Assembly: GCA_034189385.1 (NCBI GenBank)
Contig: JAXHVD010000005.1
Coordinates: 32,001-96,000, forward strand
Reading direction: 5' to 3'
Length of the DNA: 64,000 nt
Source of the DNA: Thermodesulfobacteriota bacterium
GTDB lineage: Bacteria > Desulfobacterota > Desulfobacteria > Desulfobacterales > C00003060
This document shows, one piece after another, positions 27,408 through 37,253 of this stretch. Both the position numbers and the translations under genes were made by a program. Every line of letters starts with the position of its first letter. The stretch's first letter is position 1. Under the pieces are notes generated by a model. That model did no database searches, had not been told where the DNA came from, and saw nothing but the letters and a program-made list of their open reading frames with translations.

Positions 27408-28103
27408 TTGTCTACTGTGTTTTCCGGCCATAACATTTCCGTGGTGATCCCCACTTTGAACGAGGAGGTGACCATCGCGCGGGTCATAGACGGGTGCAGA
27501 CCCTACGCAGATGAGATCATCGTGGTAGACGGTCATTCCCGCGACAGGACAAGGCAGATTGCCGAGAAACTGGGGGTCAAGGTTGTTCAAGATAACAAGA
27601 TGGGCAAGGGTGAGGCCCTGCGGCACTCCATCAACTGCGTTACAGGGGACATCATCGTTTTTATCGACGCCGACGGCTCTCACAATCCTGACGACATACC
27701 GAAACTGATTCGGCCCATAATGGGAGGCAGGGCCGATCACGTATCGGGATCCAGGCTGATTGGCGGGTCGAGCGAGTTGCACGGAGGTTTTGACGAATGT
27801 TTCCGGCTTATGGGAAGCTCCTTTGTCACTGCCTGCATCAATTGGAAGTTCAAGGTGCGCTTGAGTGAGAGTCAGAATGGATTTCGAGCCATAAGGACAG
27901 ATGTTGTCAAACAGCTGGGCCTAAGAGAAAATATTACCACTATTGAACAGGAGATGATCATCAAGACCTTGAAGAATGGATTTCGAATGACTGAGGTGCC
28001 CACGCACGAGAACGAACGCACGGCCGGGTACTCCAAGATTGACCTGAAGAAGGTGTGGTTTAGGTATGTGTACTCCCTGGTGAAATACCTCTTCTGGGGT
28101 TAG
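27408..28103 (+). CDS. Glycosyltransferase family 2 (polyprenol-phosphate sugar synthase-like)
   Basis: TTG start after AGGAGG; ISVVIPTLNEE, VVDGHSRD, GKGEAL, FIDADGSH, GFRA. Confidence 0.92.
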   Translation: MSTVFSGHNISVVIPTLNEEVTIARVIDGCRPYADEIIVVDGHSRDRTRQIAEKLGVKVVQDNKMGKGEALRHSINCVTGDIIVFIDADGSHNPDDIPKLIRPIMGGRADHVSGSRLIGGSSELHGGFDECFRLMGSSFVTACINWKFKVRLSESQNGFRAIRTDVVKQLGLRENITTIEQEMIIKTLKNGFRMTEVPTHENERTAGYSKIDLKKVWFRYVYSLVKYLFWG

Positions 28104-28167
28104 GCAATATAGTGTTTTGGCGGAAGTCTTTTTGTGGTTTCAATAAATGCGTGCAGTGTGGGATGAC

Positions 28168-29589
28168 ATGAACATTTTATTACTCAACCCTCCAACGTTT
28201 GACAACAAGGCCTACATCCGAGAGGGCCGCTGCAACCAAGAGCAAGGGGCGTGGACGACCCTGTGGCCCCCCGTCAGCTTGGCCACAGCCGCATCTATGC
28301 TCGAGCAAAAGGGGCATAACGTAAAGGTTTTGGATTGTGCGGCCCGGGAGATCCATCTAAGAGCTCTGCTGAAGAAAGTCCGCACAGGGCGTTTTCCGCT
28401 CATTATTTGGAGCACCGCAACCCCTTCCATAAAAAGCGACCTGGCCCTGGCCGACCAAATCAAGAAGATGGAGTCAAGAGTAACAACAGCGGTCTTTGGA
28501 ACACATGTGACAACGCTGGCAAGGGAGTGTTTGGAGGCGACGGAAGGTCTGGATGTGGTCATTCGTCATGAGCCGGAGGCATCTATAGTGGACTTGGCAG
28601 ACTGCCTTGAAGACAAAGGTCCGCTGGAGGAGGTGGCAGGCATCAGTTACAAGAGCTCTGATGGTGAGATTATTCACAACCCAGAGCGTCCCTTTATCCA
28701 GGACCTGGACAGCCTTCCTGCTCCTGCGTGGCACCTCCTGGACTTGGAAAGATACAGGCTTCCCCTTAAAGGAGACAAATTCCTTATCCTTTCTCCTGTT
28801 CGGGGATGTCCCTATGCCTGCACCTTCTGCACGGCTCAGACCTACTATGGGAAGAGGCTGCGCAGAAAGTCAGTGTCAAAGGTGATGGAGGAGATAAGAT
28901 ACATTATTGATCGATTCAACATAAGCGAATTCTTCGTCTGGGCCGACACCTTCACTGCAGACAGAGACTACGTGACTGAATTCTGCCAGGCTATTAGCGA
29001 CAAAGAATGGGCCATTGGCTGGACCTGTAACAGTCGCGTCGATACAGTGGATAGGGCCCTGTTGGCGGCCATGGCAAAGGCAGGATGCTGGATGATTAGC
29101 TATGGGATTGAATCAGGCACACAGGAGATCCTGGATACGGCCAGAAAGAGGATAACTCTGGGCCAGTGCCGTGAGGCAGTGCGAATGGCCAAGGCGGCAG
29201 GCATTAAAGTGGCCGGGCATTTCGTCTTGGGCCTTCCGGGCGAAACTGAAGCCACCCTCAAAGAAACGCTGGCCTTTGCATTGACCCTGGACCTTGATAT
29301 GGCGCAGTTTTATTGTGCCGTGCCATTCCCAGGTTCGTCTTTGTTCGAATGGGCTCGAGCTCAGGGCTGGATAGAGGGGAAAGGGTTCGATGAATTTCGC
29401 CAAGACAATGCCGTTATGAATCTACCCGGGCTTTCTCCCTCCATTGTCAATGATTATAGAAAAAAAGCTTTTAGCCGCTTTTACCTAAGACCCAGTCGTT
29501 TCCTTCAAATGTGGAACATGGCGAAAATGCGGTCCATAGGAGAGACTATTAGGGGTGGGCTTCGGTTCATGAAATGGATGGGCTCATGA
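28168..29589 (+). CDS. Cobalamin-binding radical SAM protein
   Basis: N-terminal B12-binding region, RGCPYACTFC, YGIESG, FVLGLPGET, PFPGS. Confidence 0.93.
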   Translation: MNILLLNPPTFDNKAYIREGRCNQEQGAWTTLWPPVSLATAASMLEQKGHNVKVLDCAAREIHLRALLKKVRTGRFPLIIWSTATPSIKSDLALADQIKKMESRVTTAVFGTHVTTLARECLEATEGLDVVIRHEPEASIVDLADCLEDKGPLEEVAGISYKSSDGEIIHNPERPFIQDLDSLPAPAWHLLDLERYRLPLKGDKFLILSPVRGCPYACTFCTAQTYYGKRLRRKSVSKVMEEIRYIIDRFNISEFFVWADTFTADRDYVTEFCQAISDKEWAIGWTCNSRVDTVDRALLAAMAKAGCWMISYGIESGTQEILDTARKRITLGQCREAVRMAKAAGIKVAGHFVLGLPGETEATLKETLAFALTLDLDMAQFYCAVPFPGSSLFEWARAQGWIEGKGFDEFRQDNAVMNLPGLSPSIVNDYRKKAFSRFYLRPSRFLQMWNMAKMRSIGETIRGGLRFMKWMGS

Positions 29590-31277
29590 GATCAATCTTG
29601 GGGATATGGGATGGCCATGATTCTGGCGCAGCCCTCATTGCAGACAACAAGGTCCTCTTTGCCATTAACGAAGAGCGTCTTAGCCGAAGAAAACTTGAGA
29701 TTGCCTTTCCCGACAGGTCCATAGCGGCCTGCCTTGCATATGCCAGGAGGTCACCAGAGGAGATCTGGGACGTGGCCATTTCCACCTCAGACGTGGCAAA
29801 GACGGTGGCCCGAATTATCCCCTCCCTCCGGGAAGAGTATTATCTGATCCGGAGGAGAAAGAAAGAGCCGGGCAAGATTACTTCTTTGAAGAAACAGTTC
29901 AAGTACAAACTCACTGAATACCCCCCCCTAGCTCCGACCAGGTGGCTGAGCCGGTATAATGTGCGGCAAAATATGAAAAGGCTCGGTTTTCGGGACTTCC
30001 ATCTACACCTGGTGGACCACCATCACAGTCACGCCGCCACAGCTGCCTTTTGCAGCGGCTTTGAACGGGGCCTGGTCATCACCTTGGACGGGTTGGGCGA
30101 TGGGCTTTCAGGCTCTATCTATGCGTTCAGGGACGGCACCTTGGAAAACCTGTCCTCCCTTCCCGCCCGCCATTCTCTGGGGATCTTCTTTGAGCACGTC
30201 ACCAATCTCATGAATATGCGGGAACTGGAGGATGAAGGAAAGGTGATGGCACTTGCAAACTATGCCTATCCCGTTGGTGATGCCGAGAATCCCATGATGG
30301 AGTTGATTCAGGTGAATGGACTTGCCATCGAATGCCGTCACACGTCTCTTGGAATGTTTGAGGAACTACGAAAGATTCTCTGGCATTATCCCTCTGAGCA
30401 ATTCGCCTATATGGCCCAGAGAAGTCTAGAAGTGAAGATATTAGAATTGGCCCAAAACGCCATAGATGCAACAGGCCTTGATCATCTGAGCCTGGCCGGA
30501 GGCGTCTTTTCCAATGTCAAGGTAAACCGCCTCCTGAGGATACTTCCCGGTGTGAAGGAATGCTTTGTCTTCCCGCACATGGGAGATGGCGGTTTGGCAC
30601 TCGGAGCAGCCCTGGTGGCAAATCACAGGCTGAATGGCACACACCATATGGCGCTGGATAATCTGTTTCTTGGTCCCCAATACTCGGATCAGGAGATAGA
30701 AGAAGTTTTGCAGGAAACCAACGTTTCCTATCAAAAGAGCACGGATATTGTCAAAGAGGTGGCAGAGATCATAGGCAGCGGGGAGACAGTGCCTTGGTTC
30801 CAGGGACGTATGGAATTAGGGCCTAGGGCCCTTGGGGCCCGTTCTATTCTGTCTCGACCTGATTCAGAGACGATCAAGGACGAGCTCAATCTCAAGCTCA
30901 AGAAACGGGTTTGGTACCAGCCCTTTTGTCCCACCATGTTGGAAGAAGATGCTGAAGAGCTGCTAGAAGACTATGACGGTCGGCCCAACACATTTATGAC
31001 CATGGCTTACATGGTGCGGGAGAGGAAGAGGGATCTCGTTCGCGGCGTGATCAACGTAGACGGCTCCTGCCGTCCTCAGATCCTCCCTCTAGACGACTCT
31101 CCTTTTGTACGGCTCCTTAAAGAGATTAAGAAGAAGACGGGCCACGGCATTCTGCTCAACACAAGTTTCAATCTGCATGGAGAACCGCTGGTCTGTTCGC
31201 CTGAAGATGCTCTGTCTACATTTGTGAGGACGAGGAGCAAGTACATGGCTATGGGCAGCTTCCTGATAATGAAATGA
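29586..31277 (+). CDS. Carbamoyltransferase (CmcH/NodU family)
   Basis: HDSGAAL, INEERLSRRK, HHHSHAATA, EGKVMALA, GPRALGARSIL, VNVDGSCRPQ-like motif, LLNTSFNLHGEP; ATGA overlap with the upstream gene. Confidence 0.95.
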   Translation: MRSILGIWDGHDSGAALIADNKVLFAINEERLSRRKLEIAFPDRSIAACLAYARRSPEEIWDVAISTSDVAKTVARIIPSLREEYYLIRRRKKEPGKITSLKKQFKYKLTEYPPLAPTRWLSRYNVRQNMKRLGFRDFHLHLVDHHHSHAATAAFCSGFERGLVITLDGLGDGLSGSIYAFRDGTLENLSSLPARHSLGIFFEHVTNLMNMRELEDEGKVMALANYAYPVGDAENPMMELIQVNGLAIECRHTSLGMFEELRKILWHYPSEQFAYMAQRSLEVKILELAQNAIDATGLDHLSLAGGVFSNVKVNRLLRILPGVKECFVFPHMGDGGLALGAALVANHRLNGTHHMALDNLFLGPQYSDQEIEEVLQETNVSYQKSTDIVKEVAEIIGSGETVPWFQGRMELGPRALGARSILSRPDSETIKDELNLKLKKRVWYQPFCPTMLEEDAEELLEDYDGRPNTFMTMAYMVRERKRDLVRGVINVDGSCRPQILPLDDSPFVRLLKEIKKKTGHGILLNTSFNLHGEPLVCSPEDALSTFVRTRSKYMAMGSFLIMK

Positions 31278-33058
31278 CAAGAGAAGACGGCGGCAAAAAG
31301 AGTCTGGCGGAAGGAGAGAAACGAACTGTAGGCTGGATGCTTGTCATTCTCGTCTATGTCAGTATCGTGGCAGCCCTCCTTATGTGGTGCATCTCATTTG
31401 ATTCTAAGCAGTTGCGGGATCAACTCATCTCAATCATTCCGTGGTTTCTTGAAGTCAACTTGTTGTTGATCATTATTGCCATTGGTCTGAGCTTTGCTGT
31501 TGTCAGAAATCAGCTAAAAGACATTTCTTCAAGGCAGTGGTGTCTTGTGTCAGCCATCGTTGTCCTGGGAGTGGTGATGACTGCATTTGTGGCCCCAAGG
31601 ACCCATAGGCTTTTCTACGACGAGAATATCTACCTGAATATTGGTCAGACCATAGCAGCCGAAAAAAAGGCAGCCATGTGTGCTGAAGGATACAACCGGT
31701 ACGGCGAGTATCATTGCGCGCAATTGGAGCACAACAAACAGCCCTATGCCTTTCCTCATCTTATCAGTATCGTGTACCGAGTATTTGGCCCAAGTGAGAC
31801 AGTGGGCTTTGTGTTTAATAATGTCGTTTTTGGCCTTGCCATTCTCCTATCATTCCTCCTTGGCTTCCTTTTGTTTGGCCATTTTGCGGCCGGCATCTAC
31901 TCTGCTCTTATTTATTGTCTGATTCCAGAGAATGTGATTTGGGCCAATACAACAGCAGTGGAACCCAGCGCGGCCCTTTTTTCAGGCCTGGTGATGGCGG
32001 CAGGCTTGATCTATTTGAAGGAAAAAGGTGCGAGAGCCCTTTTCCTTTTGTCTGTACTGCTCCCGTACTCGATGCAGTTTCGCACAGAATCCTTTCTCAT
32101 TGTTCCCGTCGTCGGTTTTCTTGTTTTACTGCATGAAAGGGAGGCTCTGAGAGATTGGGATACATATATACTACTTGCCATCTCTTTTGTGCTCATAGCT
32201 CCCCATATAGTGCAGCTCTACGCAGTAAGAGGAGAAAGTTGGGGGAGTAGCGGCCTAAGGATGAGCTTGGCCTATCTTTTCAACAACTTCAGAGTAAATT
32301 CATTATTCTATATCAACAATGTAAAATTCCCGTTTCTTTACACCCTCCTTCTTGGTGTTGGCCTTTTATTGAAAGGAACGGTGAGAAAGAAGCTGTTCTT
32401 GGTGACATGGCTTTTCCTGTTTTGGGGAATATTTCTTTTCTTCTATGCTGGGAGCTATGAATTTGGCCAAGATGTGCGGTTTTCTCTTGTTTCATACATG
32501 CCATTATCTGTCCTAGCCGGCCTTGGCATCTTTAGATTGGAGAGGCTGTTGGAGCCAAAGGGTTTAACCAAGACATTCAGAATCGTGGTGGTGGCCGTCC
32601 TTTGTCTTTCATTCACGAGCTTCTTGCCTCATGTACGGACTATTGGGGAAGAGGCCTGCCAGGCCCGGGCAGATCACAAGTATGCACGAGAGATGGCGAA
32701 GCTCTTGCCAGAAGACTCCATGGTGTTGACCCATAACCCCAACATGTTCCTCCTCTGGGGAAAGAATGCTGCACAGGCCTCCATTGCCACGCACAATGCG
32801 CCACTCATTGAACACTTTTTCAAAAGATATACAGGTGGGGTGTATTTCCATTTCAACTATTGGTGCAACACGGATAATGCAAGGGAGCGAGCGTTTTGCC
32901 AGAATATCCTGGACAAGTATGGTCATGAAGCTGTTGCTAACTATGAGGAAGGAGGGTATACTTTTGCGCTATACCGGCTGAAGGGCAGATCAGTGCCCAC
33001 ACAGGAGAAAGCCGAAGAAAAGGATGTAACAGATGAGTTAGCGACACCAAAGCTGTAA
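31274..33058 (+). CDS. Multi-pass membrane GT-C fold glycosyltransferase (PMT/ArnT-like)
   Basis: Many TM helices with FYDENIY acidic motif in the first external loop and a late RF motif. Confidence 0.75.
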   Translation: MTREDGGKKSLAEGEKRTVGWMLVILVYVSIVAALLMWCISFDSKQLRDQLISIIPWFLEVNLLLIIIAIGLSFAVVRNQLKDISSRQWCLVSAIVVLGVVMTAFVAPRTHRLFYDENIYLNIGQTIAAEKKAAMCAEGYNRYGEYHCAQLEHNKQPYAFPHLISIVYRVFGPSETVGFVFNNVVFGLAILLSFLLGFLLFGHFAAGIYSALIYCLIPENVIWANTTAVEPSAALFSGLVMAAGLIYLKEKGARALFLLSVLLPYSMQFRTESFLIVPVVGFLVLLHEREALRDWDTYILLAISFVLIAPHIVQLYAVRGESWGSSGLRMSLAYLFNNFRVNSLFYINNVKFPFLYTLLLGVGLLLKGTVRKKLFLVTWLFLFWGIFLFFYAGSYEFGQDVRFSLVSYMPLSVLAGLGIFRLERLLEPKGLTKTFRIVVVAVLCLSFTSFLPHVRTIGEEACQARADHKYAREMAKLLPEDSMVLTHNPNMFLLWGKNAAQASIATHNAPLIEHFFKRYTGGVYFHFNYWCNTDNARERAFCQNILDKYGHEAVANYEEGGYTFALYRLKGRSVPTQEKAEEKDVTDELATPKL

Positions 33059-33085
33059 TTTCTGCTACTGACCGTATGGAGAAAA

Positions 33086-33682
33086 ATGAAACCCAAGAGA
33101 TACGTTGTTTTGTTTCTGATTTTGGCCCTGTCATCCGTGGTGACTGGCTGCGCTGCCTTTAGAGAGGGGAGCATTTCCAGGGCCGGGATGCTGACTGAAA
33201 CCGCCATGAAGAAACACCCATCAATCGGTGTGCAGGTGAGTGGGGCAGTTATCTTGAATGGCAAGATATATCAATCCCACCCAAAAACCACAAAGAACTG
33301 GCGTGCCCAGACGATTAGGGCTTACGAAGAATCAGGCCTCTTTTCTCAAGTGGTGGAGAGTGCCGGCGACACAGACCTTCATGCGGAGGTGATGATAGTT
33401 GACAGAGGTGATCCGAATCGGTTTTTCTCCTTCATAACGGGTCTGACCTTATACATCATACCCAGCAAGGCGACTGATAAGTTCACTGTGAAGACAGCGA
33501 TCAGCGATGGGGATGGGAACATCCTTGAAGCATTCGAAAAGTCTGAGACAGTGACCCTTTGGCAGCACTTGTTTATGATTGTTGCTATGCCCTTTAATTG
33601 GCCTTCGTCAGTCGCAAAAGAAGCCCTGTATGATTTAAACCGTGCAACCATCAGCGACGCATATGCTCATGGGATATTGTAG
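33086..33682 (+). CDS. Hypothetical lipoprotein
   Basis: RBS GGAG, lipobox VTGC, TGLTLYIIP hydrophobic segment. Confidence 0.75.
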   Translation: MKPKRYVVLFLILALSSVVTGCAAFREGSISRAGMLTETAMKKHPSIGVQVSGAVILNGKIYQSHPKTTKNWRAQTIRAYEESGLFSQVVESAGDTDLHAEVMIVDRGDPNRFFSFITGLTLYIIPSKATDKFTVKTAISDGDGNILEAFEKSETVTLWQHLFMIVAMPFNWPSSVAKEALYDLNRATISDAYAHGIL

Positions 33683-33701
33683 GCTGAAAACAGTGCCTCA
33701 C

Positions 33702-35003
33702 CTAATGACTGTGCTCGTTATTTCCGACAGACAACTTATATGGTGAATCCCAGGCCATGGCCTCCAGACGCTGGATGCGCTCTGCAAGGGGTGGATGGGA
33801 ATAATAGAACCATGCATAAAGGGGGTGCGGATAGAGATTTGAAAGATTGTCACTGGCCAACCGCTTCAGGGCACTGATCAGGTCAGCAGGCTGCTTTAAC
33901 AATTGAGCGGCATAGGAATCAGCCTCTCTTTCAAACCGCCTGGAAATAGCAGCGCCTAAGGGCCCGAAGAATTGGCCCACAGCCTCCCAAAGCACGCCCA
34001 CAAGAAAAAGCCCTACATAGGAAACGCCGTGATCAAACCCAAATGTCTGGTACAGGGTGGGCCATGTCAGCAGCCTTGAAGCTGTGTAGAACAAAAGGAG
34101 TGAGACAAGGCTCACGAAGAACAGGTTTTTATGGAGGTGCCTTTTTTTCCAGTGTCCCACTTCATGGGCAAGAATAGCCACGATCTCATCGTGACTGTGG
34201 GAGGTAAGGAGGGTATCAAAGAGCACAATCCGCTTGGCCTTTCCCAAACCGGTGAAGTAGGCATTGGTGTGCCGACTGCGTTTGCCTGCGTCCATCTTAA
34301 AGACACCTTCGACTGCCAGGCCACCCCGCTCCATGGTCCGTTTTACCTGCTCTTCCAAGGCTTTGTCCTCCAGGGGAAGAAACTTGTTGAACCAAGGGGC
34401 AATGAGGGTCGGATAAAGGACAAGCAACAGGAGTTGAAAGCCGAAGAAGACCAACCAGGCCCAGAGCCACCAGAGGCTTCCGCCATGCTCCACGAGAAGG
34501 AGGACGGAGCCCAGCAAAATGCCGCCAATGATGGCGCCTACCACGACAGCCTTCAAAATGTCCGTAACCCATGTCTTGAACGTTGATGTGTTAAAGCCAT
34601 AGCGTTGTTCAATCACAAAAGTTTTATAGTAATTGAAAGGCAGGGAGAATACCCCTTGGACCACGGCAAGTGTGGCAAAGAAGATCATGGCGGAAGCAAG
34701 GACACCAAAGCCAAAGGTCTCCACCAGTTTGACAAACCAGGGAAGGAGACCGGAGAGAATAACAAAAAGAAAAAGGGCGCTGGTGATCCACGAGGTGAAT
34801 AGATCAAACTGCTCATTGTCAACGGTGTAGTCTGTTATGATCCTCAATTTGTCGCCATCGATGTAGCCCTTGAAAAGATCGGGCACCCTATGGCCATGGT
34901 GTTTAAAATGGCCCATATTCATCTTCGTCAAGACGGACTCAGTCGCCACGCCGGTCAAGAAAAGAACAAGATAGACTATGAGAAGTGGACTTATGGAGAT
35001 CAT
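33702..35003 (-). CDS. M48 family (Ste24-like) membrane zinc metallopeptidase
   Basis: NAYFTG, KRIVLFDTL, HEVGH, EREAD, YSHPPLAERI. Confidence 0.96.
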   Translation of the reverse strand: MISISPLLIVYLVLFLTGVATESVLTKMNMGHFKHHGHRVPDLFKGYIDGDKLRIITDYTVDNEQFDLFTSWITSALFLFVILSGLLPWFVKLVETFGFGVLASAMIFFATLAVVQGVFSLPFNYYKTFVIEQRYGFNTSTFKTWVTDILKAVVVGAIIGGILLGSVLLLVEHGGSLWWLWAWLVFFGFQLLLLVLYPTLIAPWFNKFLPLEDKALEEQVKRTMERGGLAVEGVFKMDAGKRSRHTNAYFTGLGKAKRIVLFDTLLTSHSHDEIVAILAHEVGHWKKRHLHKNLFFVSLVSLLLFYTASRLLTWPTLYQTFGFDHGVSYVGLFLVGVLWEAVGQFFGPLGAAISRRFEREADSYAAQLLKQPADLISALKRLASDNLSNLYPHPLYAWFYYSHPPLAERIQRLEAMAWDSPYKLSVGNNEHSH

Positions 35004-35818
35004 GTTTCGTTATTCCATACCTGTTTTTTACCTGCCCCTTTTCGGTGGCGTTTCGTGGCAGGGCGCTGGCGCAACAGGATATAGGTGGCCCCCGCACCCC
35101 CGTCGCATGCTCTGGCGCTGGTAAAAGCGATGACCCACTTCCGCCATGGGCCCGACGTGAGCCACTCCTTTACCTTGGCCTTTAAGACAGGCTCTTTAGG
35201 GGAAGAAAGGCCGCGGCCGTGAACGATCAGAACCGCCCTTTTTCCTGTGAGCAGGGCTTCCTTGAGAAAGCCCTCAAAGGCTTCGAGGGCCTCCTCCACC
35301 CCAAGGCCATGGAGGTCAAGGTGTTCCTGGATGGAGAAATCACCTTGATGCAATCGTTTAGCGATTTCAGGGCGTACGCCGTATCCCACGCCTTCCATGT
35401 ACTCTGCTGTGTCAGAGACAATAAAGCCCTCCCCATCTCTTATCAGATCCTCCAGCAAGGCTAGGGCTTCGGCTTCTGGATCCTTTTCTTCCATCTTCGG
35501 ACGGGCGGGCTGGAGTTCATGCAGGTGACTGGCCTCATGGACCATGGGTACAACGTCTGCCATGAGCTCTCGAAAAAGCTGTGCTTCCTCATCAGCATTC
35601 AACGGACTGTTATCTTCTTCTTTTGTTACAGGCTGTTCCTTGGGCTCAGAAACCACCGGAAAGGACTTTTCCTCAAGGAGGTCCTTGAGATTCTCAAAGG
35701 GTCTATAGGTGCCAGAGGCCTTAGAAGATTTCATGGATGCTTGTTCCAGCAAGGGGCCTGTGCCCACCGTCAGACTCCCTTCTCGGGTTGGAAGAGAAGG
35801 CCCCTGATGCTTTGACAA
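35000..35818 (-). CDS. Smr/MutS2 C-terminal domain protein
   Basis: LDLHG, LIVHGRG, PVLK, DGGAGATYILL; start may be ATG 35734. Confidence 0.9.
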   Translation of the reverse strand: MSKHQGPSLPTREGSLTVGTGPLLEQASMKSSKASGTYRPFENLKDLLEEKSFPVVSEPKEQPVTKEEDNSPLNADEEAQLFRELMADVVPMVHEASHLHELQPARPKMEEKDPEAEALALLEDLIRDGEGFIVSDTAEYMEGVGYGVRPEIAKRLHQGDFSIQEHLDLHGLGVEEALEAFEGFLKEALLTGKRAVLIVHGRGLSSPKEPVLKAKVKEWLTSGPWRKWVIAFTSARACDGGAGATYILLRQRPATKRHRKGAGKKQVWNNET

Positions 35819-35943
35819 GATATCCGAAAGATGCTAGAAAATGCAAGCCCAAGGGTGCAAGAAGAAGTGTTCTATGGTCTTCAGAAGACTTCTCGCTGCC
35901 ATCAACCCTATGACGGCAAGAGACAAAGATTTGGAGGCAGGAA

Positions 35944-36135
35944 ATGAAAGTCACCTGTGATCAATGCCAGTGCGACATGAAGATAACCTCTTCTTACAGG
36001 TACCATTGTCCAGAATGCAAAAACGAGATCGAGATGGCCTACGTTCAAGAGATGAACAAGAAGTACTGGGATGAACACAAAAAGAACATGGAGTGGGTGA
36101 AAATCAAGGGCACCGAGATCATCATGGTAGAATAG
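35944..36135 (+). CDS. Small zinc-ribbon protein (63 aa)
   Basis: RBS GGAGG; CDQC and CPEC pairs. Confidence 0.7.
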   Translation: MKVTCDQCQCDMKITSSYRYHCPECKNEIEMAYVQEMNKKYWDEHKKNMEWVKIKGTEIIMVE

Positions 36136-36218
36136 CCAGCCGTTGGTTGTCCAGGAAGTGCCGATTTAGAGCGTTCTGGAGTGTGTGATTCCGTCTTGGG
36201 TCAAGCGTTACAGAGCGG

Positions 36219-36314
36219 AAAGCTCAAGGCTCAAAGCTGAAAGGCCAGGAAGTTCTTTTAAGAAAACCCCTTGATTGTTTTGCCCTTGAGCCTTCAGCTT
36301 GTGCCTTTCAGCTT
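36219..36314. repeat. Heptamer-based inverted repeat between convergent genes
   Basis: AAGCTCA-AGGCTCA-AAGCTGA-AAGG followed by complementary units; perfect 12-bp arms AAGCTGAAAGGC (36234-36245) and GCCTTTCAGCTT (36303-36314). Confidence 0.7.
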
Positions 36315-36317
36315 CCT

Positions 36318-37253
36318 CTATCGTGTTTTATAGGCGAGAGACCGGAGTTTCTCGTAGCCAAAAAGCTCGTCTCTCACCATAGGGCTTTCCTTTAGTTCCA
36401 CTTCAAAGGCCTTCTCAAAAGCCCCTATCGCCGTCTCCTTGACCTGATCCCATGGCGGTCTCTTTCCTGTTTCCTGCTCTACAGACGTAAGTGGCTCTAC
36501 CACTTTGTCCCGCACCTCTGGTGGCACCCATACGATGCGCAAAAAGTCTCTGGTATCCAGGGGGGCCAAGAAGGTCAGGGCATTTACTAGCGCTATACCC
36601 TCAACCTCTGAGATGACGAAAGTGGCGATTTTGTCTCCCCGTACCCGAATGCTTCCCCGGTGCTTGTACCAGGCCTCTTTGACACCCAGATCCCTTACGA
36701 TTTCCAGCAAGACATGTCCGATCTTGTTGTAAGCCCCATCAATGTCATCCACGAGGTCCCCTGGGAGGATCAGTTGGATGAAAGCCGTGCTTTGTGGGTG
36801 GCCAAAGACCAGATTGCGCTCCCCAGTCAAGATGACCTGCTCCAAATCGGGTAGCTCCGGTCGAACCTCATTGATCATGGGGGCAAAGTTGGTCAAGGCA
36901 ACGAGGACTTTAGCACCAGAGTCCTTGAGGATGTGGAGGATCTCTCCGCCCTTGTAAAGGGTGTTGAAGGGCACGGCCACGGCCCCAAGTTTCAGCGTAC
37001 CTACCAAGGTGTACACAAACTCAGGGATGTTCGGAAGCATGATCGCCACCCTGTCCCCCTTTGCCACCCCCACCCCTTGGAGTCCGTTGGCCACGCGATT
37101 GGCCCTAAGGTTCAATTCCCCATAGGTGATGGGCTCTCCTTCAAACTGGAGAGCCACCGAGTCGGGACTGGACGAAGCCCATCTTTCAATGGACTGAACC
37201 AATCCTCGATTATTTTCGTTCAATTCTCCGCTCATCCTGATAGTCTTCCGCAA
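36318..37253 (-). CDS. Hybrid: N-terminal part of an acyl-CoA synthetase fused to the C-terminal part of a lipoate-ligase (LplA/BPL) fold
   Basis: TYGELNLRANRVANGL, GDRVAIMLPN, GAVAVPFN but no YTSGTTG; after aa 145, RDLGV...IRVRGDKIA...LTSVEQETGKRPP resembles the LplA C-half. Confidence 0.75.
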   Translation of the reverse strand: MRKTIRMSGELNENNRGLVQSIERWASSSPDSVALQFEGEPITYGELNLRANRVANGLQGVGVAKGDRVAIMLPNIPEFVYTLVGTLKLGAVAVPFNTLYKGGEILHILKDSGAKVLVALTNFAPMINEVRPELPDLEQVILTGERNLVFGHPQSTAFIQLILPGDLVDDIDGAYNKIGHVLLEIVRDLGVKEAWYKHRGSIRVRGDKIATFVISEVEGIALVNALTFLAPLDTRDFLRIVWVPPEVRDKVVEPLTSVEQETGKRPPWDQVKETAIGAFEKAFEVELKESPMVRDELFGYEKLRSLAYKTR

